From the NCBI GenBank assembly GCA_965235115.1, contig OZ249444.1, forward strand, positions 18,166,001 through 18,230,000: a stretch of DNA of 64,000 nt. The letters are read 5' to 3'. Shown piece by piece: positions 48,674-62,432 of the stretch. Position 1 is the first letter of the stretch; every line of letters starts with the position of its first letter. Both the position numbers and the translations under genes were made by a program. The notes under the pieces are model-generated. The model was given only the letters and a program-made list of their open reading frames with translations. It searched no databases and was not told the origin of the DNA. Source of the DNA: Laetmonice hystrix. Lineage: Eukaryota.

Positions 48674-51012
48674 CTGCAAAACAGAAAAACATAGAAATTG
48701 TATTATCATACTGATCATAATTATCGTGAAATCAAGTGAATACAATGAAAACTGAAAATGTAGAAAACTGTCAAAACGGATAGTCTTATTGCCACAGTCT
48801 GTATTTCAAACTACTGTAACGTTGACAAACAAATCACGTAATTTTATGAGTGGAACAAAAATATGCGATATTATTCTTTTGTCGCTCTTTTGGTTTAATT
48901 ACTTTTTGTGCAAAGTTTTTTTCTCTCCATGAATGCCTTTAATGTGCTCATGAACGATTGAACCTGCAGGCTGGCATCATGTCAAGATACTGTCGGTCGT
49001 ACTGTGAAAATGTCACACTCCTCTGGCCTGCAAGCGTGCACCATCAAGAGAACTTCACACAGGGACCTTAGCAAACTAAACTGGTTGTACTTCCCTTTGC
49101 TGTCTGCTTGCTCTCACGCATACTGAGAACACACAAATACAGCTGAGTCTCGCTCAACTTTGACAGCTTTCAAATTTCTCTTCAATGGCAAATTTAACTT
49201 CCTGTCATTAACTCATAACATATTGCAAGAATGACTCTTTATCCGCACTGAAAAACACCATAAGCTTTTAGACAACAAAAACAATACTGAAATTTTTTAA
49301 CGCCCATGGCATTCTCTCAGACAACAATCAGATTCAATGTGATTTTATGAGGTATGTTTGGTATTTTCTAACAAAATTCTAGCTGCAATCTGTTCATGAT
49401 GTGTCTAACATGACAAATTGAACTTATTATGACGGTGCCTGACCGAAACAAAGATAACCAGATTCAAACAATGGCCGATGTTTGGTCAGTGTGTCAGAAT
49501 GTCGGCGGGTCCTAGCGTTACCATGGTCACTTCATCACCGTGACAACGTCACCGTGACAACGCAGGATGAGGATATGGGGAACCTGCTGTGTGCTGATCA
49601 CACCAATTACACAGCCTTAATTAAGCCAACCAAATGCGTGGAATGTGACAATTTCACGGGCAGGATGACAATGTTTTGACACAGAGCCACTCGTAGCCTT
49701 GCCGCGGGGCACATCCTGAACCCTTTGTCAACCCGGCCCGCTCCGTGCCTGGGGGGGGGGGTCGTCTCCCCCCACGTCCCGGGTCCCGGGGGATGGGGTA
49801 CCATTTGGTTCTCCATCCTTCATTACAGGAACATTTAGTGTCCTTTGTTTGCCTCTACCTACCCCGTAATTACGGAATAATCCAATCAGAAAACACAATA
49901 GGGGTAGCCATGGTAGCATTATCATCGACACCCCTTCAACATTTTTACCCCAGAACATCCCTCGGTATCATATTGTACACCATATCATCCCATCTATATC
50001 TATGAAATAAAACAGTTTCCCTTCTGCTACGGTTTTCCGAAAATTGACAGTACAACGAAGGGAAATTAAACCTGGCAATTGCTGCATTTTTCCTTCCCCC
50101 CACAAACAGCAGTGCTCAGGTAAGAGTTGTAATTACACAAGTCAGTGAACAATTAATGGCAGAATTAATGAGTAATTAGCGACATGAATTTGGTTATTGC
50201 ACCGGTGGTTTGCATGAGCGAGCAGCGACGAGCAGGTTATTGTTGTTGCATAATCTGGTTGTCAACGTTGAAAGATTGGCCCAAGACAAAGTAACGCACA
50301 AATTCACATGAAAATCACGTGCATCCTAGCATGCAACATAGTCAGTTTGGACTACATCTAATTCCTGGCCGCTAGAAAACAACTTTCGTTCTTCATATAT
50401 ATCCAAGGTCCATACTCATGAGCTGTAACGAAATCCCCTATCTACAGATCCAACCCTACATCTGCAACTTTCCTAAATAACAGATACGTAGGTCTATGGC
50501 CTCGGGATTCTGACCACTTCATATCAAAAGGTTTGACCGAACTTTCCTTAATTCTTCTTATCAAATTCACTACCCAGAATTACTTCCTCATTCAATGAAA
50601 ATATGAAGATAAATAGAAGCATCTTTCATCAGATTTCTTGCTTTTCACATTTCAAATGTAAAGCACTTCTACTTTCTATTTTAGCCCTACTTCCTTCTTT
50701 ACATGCAGTCTGAAAGTCTCCTTACATGCATACAGATACATGTCTGTATTCTCGTTTGGCAGACAGGAAAGTGATCCACTGAGTATGACAGATACAACAC
50801 AACCTCTGCGTGTAGAAGCAGAATTGTGGTAACTGGTGGTGGACAAGATGTTTAAGTAGATTACCGTTTGTAAATACCGAGACTGTGATCCTCTCAGTGA
50901 ACTCTTCCATATCTACCCCTGCGGGGGTCCTGGCGGGACGAGAGCCGGGCCACTAAAGGGATCCGCCATATCATGATCCCACCTGGGAGCGTGGGATGGC
51001 GACACCTCCGCC

Positions 51013-51103
51013 GGGGAGGGTGGGGGTGAGGGGTGGGGGTCCACATTGGCACAACGTCATGTAATGTTGGCGGCCTCCACCCTGCAGGTGGCGCCCCTAG
51101 CGG
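51013..51103 (+). promoter_or_regulatory. G-quadruplex-forming tract plus CTCF-like motif
   Basis: Five G-tracts in ggggagggtgggggtgaggggtggggg (51013-51039), then cctgcaggtggcgc (51081-51094). Confidence 0.4.
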
Positions 51104-54100
51104 TGAATAGCCGCCCTAGTCATCACCCCACTTAATCCCCTCGTCGGTCCGTAAATAAAATACACGCCCAGAAAATTCGCTCCTTTCTATTTATAAATCT
51201 CATTAAATTCCACAGTTATTCTTTGCTAACAATACAACCACTCCTACCAATCTGTTGTACTAAGCTTAGACGACGTAAGGGTTTAATATGTGCTGTTTAA
51301 AGCGTGTCTATTGAGGTGGATGAAAGGTTACATGGACGTTGGCACATTTGTCCAGTGTACGACACCAACCACCCATTAACTCCGTGCTTTCTAGCACCTC
51401 TTAACTGTGGTCCCCTCTCCTTAAGGGGGACCTGACTACACCTTAAGGATTCTGTGTGAAGCCTTAATATGCTCAGTGAGGCTCCAACCAGATGGATCCA
51501 GGACCCACAGCGCCTTATACTGAACCTCAACATACACATCGGTATGGTTTGGGTATGTCTGTCCTTGTCTAATTTAGTAGTCGTGTTATTTTAGTAATCA
51601 CGGGGAAAGTAGAATATCATCAACAATTATTATTTGAAAATTCTAGACGGGGGGTGCCTTCCTATAACACCGGTAAGAAAGGTGCCGTTCAACCCCTTAT
51701 TCTGCAAATCTCTACATAATTAACCCTCGCAATACAACCCTATGCTGATTCTATATAATTTTTCATCTGCCGGAGGAAGGTACCAAAGATTTTCAACGTG
51801 TCCTAAAGATAGTGACATCACCTTCCCTGTCTCGTCCCTTCTCACTTTCCCGTCTACACAACTGTAGCATCCTGTAGCATTCTGAATACACAGAATGAAA
51901 TTAACACACCTTGAGTATGAATAAATCACAGGTGTCTACATCGTACATTTCATTCTTGCCTGATTCAGTATGCGTGGAATACCCCCACTGGGTTTCTAGA
52001 CTCATAGACCACGCTGTCTGTAAGACAGATCGTATTCTCCCGACTCGCCTTCAGTCCTGACCCGATCTACACCATTGTGTCTCCTACAATAAATACACTA
52101 TGCTAAACAGGGTAAATCTGACGACCCCTCCACGGCGTGTAGCCACCCTTACCTAGTAAACACCCTATTAATCAGCCCCGTGCCCTGCCCACTTGTGCCC
52201 CTCCCACTCCCCGAGCCCCACTGTAGGATGAAGAATGGCCGCATCGTCCAAGGCCTGTCGTACTAACAGGTGGCCACATAACATAATCACACCCCCATCA
52301 CCGATCTGGCACTCTCCAAACTCTTTGGAAAATTTTGGTTGTAAGGCAACATTACAGTCATAAACACACTGAATTACCGACATTGATACGTATGCAGACT
52401 GGCTGAGAGATTTAATAATACGTCATAGCTTGAACGCCTGGCAAACATAATACTGCCTGCACCAGAAACACACGGAAAAGATCTATAAATGAAATAAATA
52501 AAGACATTTCACAGTTTATGGTCATTGTGAAAATTGTCCAATAATTTGAACTTTGACGTTTTTTTTTCATGCGGCCTGAAAGGAGGCTTTTATTCCTACA
52601 CTATTTGGCATGTTGACAAGATGTGGGTGTGCATGGAAGCTGACAACTCTATATAATGAAGACAAATAGATCAACCATCCAATACATCTGTTATTGCGTG
52701 CCATTTAGAACTGCTTTCTGGGAGGTACAAACAAACCTCTCAGACAATGACGCCATTGTTTGTGCTGTATTAACACCAAGAAACTCTGTCGGAAGCTCCA
52801 TGTAATGTTAAGAGTTATAGCGAGGTATCTGTAACCAAATCAAATAGAAAACCTTCTCATTACTGAGGTGTCTACTTAGCTAATATCAGACCACACCGGC
52901 ATAAGTCACAGAGACAAGCATACATTAAAAGCATGTTTTAGTCTTGTCCTCTGAAGACAAAGGTCCTTTGTTTTGGGTCGATGTTACTTGTGTGCCGCTT
53001 TCACGTAACAAGACGCAAACATGCTACGTCAGAAAGACCACGGTAGATTCTGGTCTAACGTTACATGAACCTCAACTTATAAAGGTCGACAGGGCAAACA
53101 ATACATGTGTACTGATTGTCTATAATATAACTCAGAACTGAGTCCTGATGACGAACTGTGGCTGGTTTGAGATGTCCGAATTCTACAAATAATAATTCAA
53201 AACCATTTCACAGTTGTCTTCCTCACTGTGTCGGTGCGAACTCATCCTGTCCCATATAACGGGTGTGATGGGTCAGCGGTCAACAAAACCATGTGGGTAC
53301 ATGTATCTCCCATCTGTTTCATTATGAAGCCACCGTGAAGTAATCTCATACATTACCATAGGAAGCTTTGTTATCGGGTCCGCTGACTATACATAAACAA
53401 TTACTTCATAAAACATCGGCAAATTGTCTCCCTAGAGTTCAGGTATGTATGTCACATTGAGTACCCAGGAGAGTAGGCAACTCACTCAGCCTTGAACTAA
53501 TTAGTACGAAATCATCACATTAGTAGACTCTGCTCTGGATACCAATTAACTGTGCCCTGTAAATTAATACACGCTCCTATCACGGTTTATGTGATTTGCC
53601 CGTGTATGAGCTTAACACAACTGCTCATTAACACATATCTTTGTCAATGATACAGTTAATATGACAAACTACAGCTTATTCAAATCCGTTTCAACACAAC
53701 AACGTTAGAAATATATTACTGTCTCACACAACAGGCACTGACGTCGTATTCCCCTCAATGCGTTAAAAAGGAGCCCATTACTTAATCTAATTAAGTTATC
53801 ATTTAATACCATTTAATCCCCTCCTGGGTACCTTATCTGATGATAGATAATGACAGAGAGGGTGATTAAGTCTCCGTACACTGAACAATACAGATTTACA
53901 TATCCTTTCATATTCAATAGCAATGAATGGAATGTCGTAGTTAATTTAATAACATTTCTTGCGTGACGAGATTTATTATGACTCTCATAGACGTGAAAAT
54001 TAAGTTAAACTGATACCTTTCACAACTAAAAAAATAATATAATAAATCCACTTTCTCTAAATCCAAGATAGGATTACAGCAGGTACTTCAATTTTACTCC

Positions 54101-55260
54101 CATTTATGCCTTTATTGCCAGCATTATCCAGAATGTGAATTGTCACAATTCGAAAACAAAGCTCTTACAGCAAACATTTAAGATTGTTTTAAAACTATGA
54201 AGGAATACAAAGAGTGCAAACCCTGTCAGTCGATGAACTCTGCTTTCCTCAAGTTTAGCCATGTTTCTGGACCATGTCTTATTTCCCACTACATTTGTAT
54301 ATCCTTGTTTTCAATGTACGATTCAATCTGCCTGTATCAGTAATACCAAAACTGACCTACTTTTCAGCGTACCATGAATGCGTTTACAATACCATAACTA
54401 ACTAACCCCCCAAAAAACAATAACAAAAACACACACACACAACTCGGTGTAAACAAGGTGAGATCAACTTTATCTTCAGACTATAATAGTCGATATATTG
54501 CTGAGTGGGTGGAGATGACCCACAGATGAGTCCACCCAGACAGTATCGGATGTACTCATTAACATGAGGCGGCCTGTCAATACCTGACCCTGGAGGCACT
54601 GCCCCTCTTGATGGAACAGTCTGCGAACTTCTCCACGGCAGGCCGGTCGATCCCCCTGACACCTGTACACAAGGAATAGAATATCCCCTCACCCTGCCGC
54701 CTGGCCACCACCGTACGCAGCGCCACCTACAATCTGCACACAATTAACACAACCCGCCCAGACTCCACCATGGTGTAGCTGGTGCTAGCAATAAACCGCT
54801 CTATCCCGCAACTCAATCGCCATTTGTAACTTTAGGTTGGAGCATAATCTTCAGTTACAACCAAATATCGGCTGAAAATAAACTGGAAATTGAACAAGTG
54901 GAAGATGATGCCTTTTGACCCGTTGTTTGTACTGAGTACTGAATATTCACATCAGCCTACAGATATAAATAGTAACTCTGATATCAGACGTTTTCTATTC
55001 TAACAAGAATTCACAACGTGAATCAAAACATTTCATTAGTACCAACATAAACCTCGAAAAGTGATACTTTGAAACCGATTAGCCACGGCCGTAATGATAG
55101 GTCACAAATAGAATGCCCTGGGGTTCCAAATCAGTGCTTCATCTTCTTTACGCTTTATTTCCAACTCCTTTCTAAATCACATGGGGTCGCAGCTAAATGC
55201 CAGTTTAGCCTTTGTAATGGCCATCTTCTTGTACAGAAGATTATCTGCTCTGCCATGGTT

Positions 55261-55563
55261 GGGGCACCCGTGTGTCCTCTCTCGGGACACTGACATAGCT
55301 GGGTCACCCGTGTGTCCTCTCTCGGGACACTGACATAGCTGGGTCACCCGTGTGTCCTCTCTCGGGACACTGACATAGCTGGGACACCCGTGTGTCCTCT
55401 CTCGGGACACTGACATAGCTGGGACACCCGTGTGTCCTCTCTCGGGACACTTACATAGCTGGGACACCCGTGTGTCCTCTCCCGGGACACTGACATAGCT
55501 GGGTCACCCGTGTGTCCTCTCTCGGGACACTAACATAGCTGGGACACCCGTGTGTCCTCTCTC
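55261..55563. repeat. Tandem array, 40-bp unit, about 7.6 copies
   Basis: Unit gggtcacccgtgtgtcctctctcgggacactgacatagct, starting every 40 bp from 55261. Confidence 0.97.
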
Positions 55564-58500
55564 TGGGAATATGTCTTTAACATCTCTCTCTCTCTTTCAT
55601 GTTAGATGTTTCGGACCCGTACACTACTAGCCTCCTGACATAGACCCTACATGTACTGATGCTATTCAAGCATGGTATTATTTTGATAATACTCGGAAAT
55701 GGTCTATTTTGACATGACTGCTGAGATCTCTTCACTGGACACCATAATATATATACAACATGGACGATTCGCTATACGACCAAAACAACGCTTTCGCACG
55801 AGGTACAGTATGTATGCCACTGAGTTGATGAGAGACTCCTGAAATTTTAATAAGCATTAATTCTCTAATTGCATAGTGGCACACATCCGTACCTGACAAC
55901 TTCAATGGAATAAGACACTTGGGATCCGAGAACAAGTCTCGTTACCCGAGTCTGAATGTTAATTACCTCACATCATAATTAATATCTCAATATCCTCTCA
56001 GATATGTCGTTAATGCTACATGTGACTTCTATAATATATATTCACGTGAGGGGTTAGGCAAGGTGTCTTCTCACGTCCTGAGACTTGTATCTGACAGAAT
56101 GTCTTCAAGCACGATCACGTTAAGAGCAAACAGAAAAACTCGGATGGCACGGCACTTCCTGAATTTTACATGAAACTTTTTTGTCCTTTTGAGATCGATT
56201 CGATACGTGTACACCATATAGGTCAGCAGGTGATGTTGACTTTGAGTTTGACTGAGATTTTCTAAGCGTTGAAAATGGCAAGATGGCAAGTTGCTGCCGA
56301 CGGGGCGTAAACAATTACCACATTATCGGTTAATAAGTTACAGGCCCGTTTCCTTGAATCTCATCTATAATCATCATACACTAAACGAGTGAGCCGCTTT
56401 CTCATTTGACAGGTTTTTCAATGTGGGTTTCCATTATTCCACTGTTTGGCTATGACTTTCTAACACAAACATGATACGCTATTAATACAATCTAAATTAG
56501 TTACATACTCCTAATGCAGTCAGAATCATGTACACAAATAACAACCTAAAATGCTCTTGGACAGGTCCTACTGGCCCACCTCCAAAAGTTTGCTTCCGAC
56601 ATAACTGATAACGTGATATGGCCCAAATAGGGACCATGGCTGATTTAGGGTTTTCACTATGTTATATGAGAGCAGAGAGGTCAGAGACCATGCAAATAAT
56701 TAACGGCGTGAGGTGGACTATACTGCACCATATGTTAATTAACCACGAAGGTTTCTCATGTTCTCCTCAGTGAGTCCTTATACTGTTCAACCTTTGATTG
56801 GATATTTGTGGGTTACAGTGAGTCTAGATGTGAATACAACTTTAGACGTGTCATGGATAAGTAAAGAGGTGACATGAAGAAACACACGTTGCACATAGTA
56901 TGATTGTATCGTAGTCACTACACATATCGCCACAACTCATGCAGTTATTTAAAAGGGTATGGACTTTCAAAACTTTTCCTTGCCCACTGAAGTTCCATAT
57001 ACGGAGAGATTCCTTCTGATGTTTTTTCTATTTTTGATCCGTTTATTTTCCATTTTTCTTTCCTTATAAGAAACGCTGTAACATGAAAGTCAATATTCCT
57101 AATTCAATTTTTATCCCTAAGAAAATACATGAATGGATGGAATTTTCACAAAGACTTTAATGAAAGCCATTACAACAAAATAAGGCCATCTTTAATCAAA
57201 GACATAATACGGTTAATAAAATTGTATTACATCTTTACATTTAAGCACCAGTATTGAGAAAAAGAAATTCACGTGGCTTAATTTCAATCTTAATAATTTT
57301 TTAATCAAATTCACCAGACTGATAAGCTGGCCAGGAAACACTGATATGTACTTCATGATTATCAATTGGATTTGGAAATGCTGATAAAATTGTCCAGCCA
57401 AGTCTGAAATCTGAGAAATCTCTTGTCCAAAATAATATCAGAATGCATGGAAAATGTGAAGAAAGCTGTCATGAAACAGGCGAGTTCGTTACATTCAGGC
57501 AGGTGGCACCTGTCAAGTATGATTTGCTTGTGAAAATATTAAATTTGTGTATCTCCCTGAGGTGGCGATTTTATGCCACCAATGATTGTTGTGGGATAAG
57601 GGCGAACTACGCCGTATAATAAAATCACATGGTTTTCAATACATCAGGGTCCTCAGTGCCATTTAAACTCTGCAGAAGCTGATTAAAATACCAACTACAG
57701 CTGATTATATCGATATGTCTGTAAATCAGATGGGCTTAAAATAAGTTCAGATCTCAAAATTGTATTCTCAGGGTTGTGAACAGAGAGACATTTTACAAAG
57801 ATGTGAACATCTAAATAAATGACACGGCTACATACCCTGGTCGACTTTATATTGTAATTACATTTATTTCTGGATGTGTTTCCTTCCATTTCATTTTACT
57901 GCCCCTATTTCCATGCATTTCAATTCGGGGTATTTTCCCTCATGTTGAAATCAGGTTTAAGCCTTCCTTTCCCAATTTAATTCCTGAACCAAAATGCCAA
58001 CCATTATCGTGAATCAGACATTTTACCCCGGCCAGTTAATGTTATCATAAAGTAATAAATTTTATGAGTGTAAGATTTTTAAAAAACAAGATCTTAATAT
58101 CTTGTATAATAATGAGTAAATTTCATTCATGTGTTGAACAGGCGAGGGTCATTCTACCATAAAGCCAGAAATAAGGTTCAAAACAACCGTTAGATGTAAG
58201 GTACCCTCCTATACACACCAAAATCTTCGTTACCTTACGGCAAGGATTTGGCTTGATTCGACTTCTAGATACTGCAGTTAAAGGGGCTCAAATCAAAAAG
58301 AATCAAAGACTTATCCTCAGGACTGGATTCCACAATCCAACGGCCACTACATGTTCATCCCCATTCCAACACCTTAAACATCAGTTTAATATCAATACGG
58401 AAGAGAACACCAAAAGATCCTCAGAATCACCAATAAACAATAGAAAGCCTGTATTTTATCCTAGGGAAAGAACAGTTGGCACACCTTGTATGCTAATCAC

Positions 58501-60205
58501 AATGCTATAAGGAATCGTAGTTTTACAGGACATCAAAGACACTGCCACGCCAAGCATATCCCCACGTTTCCTTTGAGCTTGGGAACAACAGCGATTGCTC
58601 CTGAAGGATCTTGAGCCTTCCCTCACAACTACACACAAAAAGGAATATGATAAAGGAAAAGAATTGTTGCTCAATATTAGTTTTACATGAGAATGTCAGT
58701 AGAGATGACAGTACCGTGCGGAACTGAATACAACAGAAAACCCTTGCCGCCATCACGCCATCACTTTCTTCGTCAAAGACCTGAATCAAACATCTCAGTG
58801 ATTTCTTTTTGTCTTCTTCCTGTTACAACTTCTGCGCGCTTCTTTTCCACGTAACGTACAGCGCGTCTCACTTAACGTTCGGCCCGAGAAAGCAACATGT
58901 GGCTGGGCCATCAGGCCAGCGCCGGGTTTTTATGATGGCTGAGACAGTAGTGAGGGACACTGCATGTATAACTGCCTTTGTAAGCACTGGTTTTGTTGCC
59001 GCACGAAGCCTGGAGTTGTCCACTTGCAGCCAGCCGGTGTGGAGAGAGACCTGCCGACCAAACGACGGCGGGGATAGACATGAACACCTCAATGGTCTGG
59101 TCGCATGACTGGAGTACGTATTGTACAGATATACCGTCTCCTTCTAAGACTGCCACTTCTTGTAACCGCTACGGTTCCTATACATGTTAACTGACCACAG
59201 CGGCAGTTTCCAATTTCTCTCTCAAAGTTATGGCACTCTCCTGCACGTAGTTAAAGATAAATTGATGGTTATACTCAAAACTAAGTGTCTGTATGTCATT
59301 TAGAGTGCGCAAATGAACACGCCGTTAACCCATCTCTAGGGAAATCACAACAATTCGACAGGTTAGTGAGAATATTCAAACAAGAAACCCCAACGAAAAT
59401 GTCAAAATTATCCAATATACCTTTTTACAAATTTTTAGTAAGATTTTGAATCCAGTAATCATGAAGATGGGCGATAGCAGCATAGGTTTTGAAGGTTTTG
59501 AAGATGTTCCCCCTTTCTTGTGTTATAATATTCCGTTTCCATCAGCCCCCCCCCCCCCAAAAAAAAGAGGCCAACGTTCCGTTGAGGAGTGCCTGTATAT
59601 TGTGGCTAATAGCAACGACATGGTCGACCTGTCGACAGTCTCCTCAACCACCCCCACTATCTCATCATGAAACATGCATGGCGCAATAGCTCCCGTCCCA
59701 CACAGATTTGCGCGAACAATTTCCCTAAATTGGCCACAAAACAGGAGCATTTGTCTCATGCAAGGGGGCATCACCGGTGGGTCCCGGCGCTGCGCTGAGT
59801 GAAAGCCAGGAGCTGGGTGATCTCGTACATGAATATGGAACACGCCATAACGCTCGGTCCTCATCCCAGATTTACTGTCAGGACTGAGGCGAAACGCAAT
59901 GAGCAATTTGTTCTCGACACCTTAGACTGAGCACAGGGTAACAAGGTGGCATCCATTGGGGTTAGGGATTCTTTGACACGTCTAGCTTAAACGGCGCGTT
60001 GTAAAGTTAACGGTCACAAATTAAGGCTCACTTAGTGAGTGACACGTGTCGTAGTTGACTGGAGAGGTCCTCACACCTCACACAGCCCCCTTGGTGTCAC
60101 GGAACCCTAGCGGTTCCATCGTATTCATAACTCGTACTCATCCAAACCATGCAGAATCAACCTGAATACAGATGTACACCGAGGGGCAGCATTGTCCATC
60201 ACTGT

Positions 60206-60261
60206 CAGATTATCCAAATACATGATACACATGGCAGATTATCCAAATACATGATACACAT
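60206..60261. repeat. Tandem duplication, 29-bp unit x2
   Basis: cagattatccaaatacatgatacacat at 60206 and 60235. Confidence 0.9.
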
Positions 60262-62432
60262 CGATATCCAGAATTCTAGACGTCCAGATCACATACGATA
60301 CACAACCCACCCCTGTTTTTTAACCCCAATTTCAAATTACAAATGTAGTGGGATTTATAAAAACATTGAGAGCCTTCAAGCTCACATCTTGCGTACCCGA
60401 ATTCACTTAGTCAAGTGGAGAGACAATTGATCATGTTGGTGATCCCAGAAATCGGCAGGTCGTGGCGGTTTATGGCTGGGCCGCCCCGTACAATCTGTTA
60501 CTTTGCCCATCCCCTGAGCCTGTGGCAGCCAACCAATTATACTCTTCATGAACCCCTTGTCCTCCCAGCCCGGGTTCACCCAGCCCGTGAAGACCTTGGG
60601 TCAATCTGTATGTCTATTGGCCTCTGGCCGGGCTAATCCGGACAATTAAGAGGGGAGGGAGGTGGTGAAGACGGTGACAAATTTACTTGATCTGCCTAAA
60701 GCTGAACGGATAGGAACGGTTAGAGCTGTCACGTGGCGACGCGGGTCGACGCCTTTCATGACAAGGATGTCACGATGTGCCTCGAGTTCGTGACGATGGA
60801 GGCGCTGCCTTGGCTTGCCTCCTGTGACATTGCCTGCTAAACCCCATCAAGCCGCTACTCAACCCTTTAGGTCCTTAACCCCCTCCCCTTAACTCCACTG
60901 TCTCCCAGTCCTTCCAAATATACCAAATCCTGTAGCTTCCAGACTATGGAATATTGTAAACTATATGAGGGCAACCTATGCCTAATCTATATACGCCCTG
61001 TCATCGGTTTTCATATCAATGTGAAAAACAGAAATGGGTAGAAATATATAAATTCCCCGTGAGCAGGGACCGGGAGTGGTAGGCCTGTGAGAGTTTACTG
61101 GGATAAGCATTGTCCACTGGTGCTTTATGGGGCGGCCAGTGACGGTGGCGCCCACAGCGGCGATTTCATTAAAGTTGCTGTTGGCCGACCACTCTTTAAT
61201 CAAGACACACACGTCGGGGCTGAGGCTGCATCCCAAACGAGGCTCGCCACCACCGTATGAATGGCATAGGGTTGTGTCGGGTGATTAGCTCATGGCCCGC
61301 CAGCTTCAAGTGGATTATGGGTAAGCAGTATGGGGGGACCAAAGGGACTGTACCATTTTTCTTGGCATCCAGGGGTTAGGCTGCTTTAGGAGAGCGTTCC
61401 AGATGTGACAAAGCCACGCAGACATTCCCAATACAGCCACCTGATTTTACATTCCCAACATGAGACAATTCATTACATTATACTTCATTCCTTTGACAGC
61501 CAGGATTCATCCGAGCATCCCACTGGAGGCGCCTGCTCCCCTCCAATTCCAATGATGGGTCCGTCCAATTTACATATCTAGTCATACAATGGAATCATCC
61601 AGATGCCAATAGTCAATAGCAGTAGAATGCCATTCACTCACCAACAAACAAGCCAGGGTGTTCATTGATAAAAATCTCTCTTGTCTTTCGCATCTCGGTT
61701 TCTGAAACCCTCAGTGCCGAGTTTAGTTTGGGTATAGGGCCTATTAACAACCGACACCTCTTAAAAATTCGAACCGACGTACATGATCCAAATTTTAAAT
61801 AAGAAATAATTACCACAATTAAAACAACAACCGCTCATTCCTTATGGCAGAGAGACAACGGTATTGTATTGTACACAATGTACATCGTTTATGACAGATT
61901 CAGCATACAAGAAACATGATGGCCACCAAGCGGCCATTTTGAATTAGATAAAAAAAATCAACGATGCTGAAACCGTCCCTGATCACTGCGTTAAGTTTCA
62001 TGCAAGATTACACATACATTTATCAGAAATTGCTTCGGGGTGGGGACTCATAACATAGGAAATAAGGTCAATGTTTTACAATAATTCGCATCGGGAATAC
62101 TTTCTTGGAATAGTTTTAGACTCTCTCTCTACATTTTGAGTGTCCTCAAATTGTATTAATAAAGATAAAAGGACGAATAAAGGAGAAATATTTTCACAAT
62201 AAACACTTTAGATATTTCCCTCCATTCTTTTCAATTATCTTTTTTGAGCGACACAGACGCTACGGCACGCTATTAGGTAGACGCGGTGCCCTGACGGTCA
62301 CTTGGGTGCACCGCTAATGACACAAATCACCATGATGACAGGGTGGGGCCAAGAATGGTGTAGTGGGTAAACAGGAACATTACCAGACCCAATCCAACAG
62401 GCCATTACTGCCACCTTCTCGGCTACACCATA

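Noticed and set aside
49118-49122. 5-nt minus-strand micro-exon ttctcag|TATGC|gtgaga upstream of exon A
   Set aside because: It would give an adjacent CC that does not fit the anosmin CxxC spacing, and it needs a phase-1 partner that was not found.
50726-50778. Candidate anosmin exon DHFPVCQTRIQTCICMH with a gtaag donor
   Set aside because: Built on a palindromic atacagacatgtatctgtat low-complexity tract, has an extra Cys and a weak acceptor.
47323-54633. 12-mer tgcgaacttctc occurring three times (47323, 48056, 54622)
   Set aside because: Flanks are unrelated, and a triple 12-mer is not far from chance in 64 kb.
54584-54662. Minus-strand pseudo-exon CQGDRPAC...GQCLQGQ
   Set aside because: The donor position breaks the CxxC junction with exon A, and the start phase is 2.
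61640-62310. Possible remnant of a non-autonomous Helentron-like repeat (gcggccattttg, aagtttcatgc)
   Set aside because: Only scattered short motifs; termini could not be defined.
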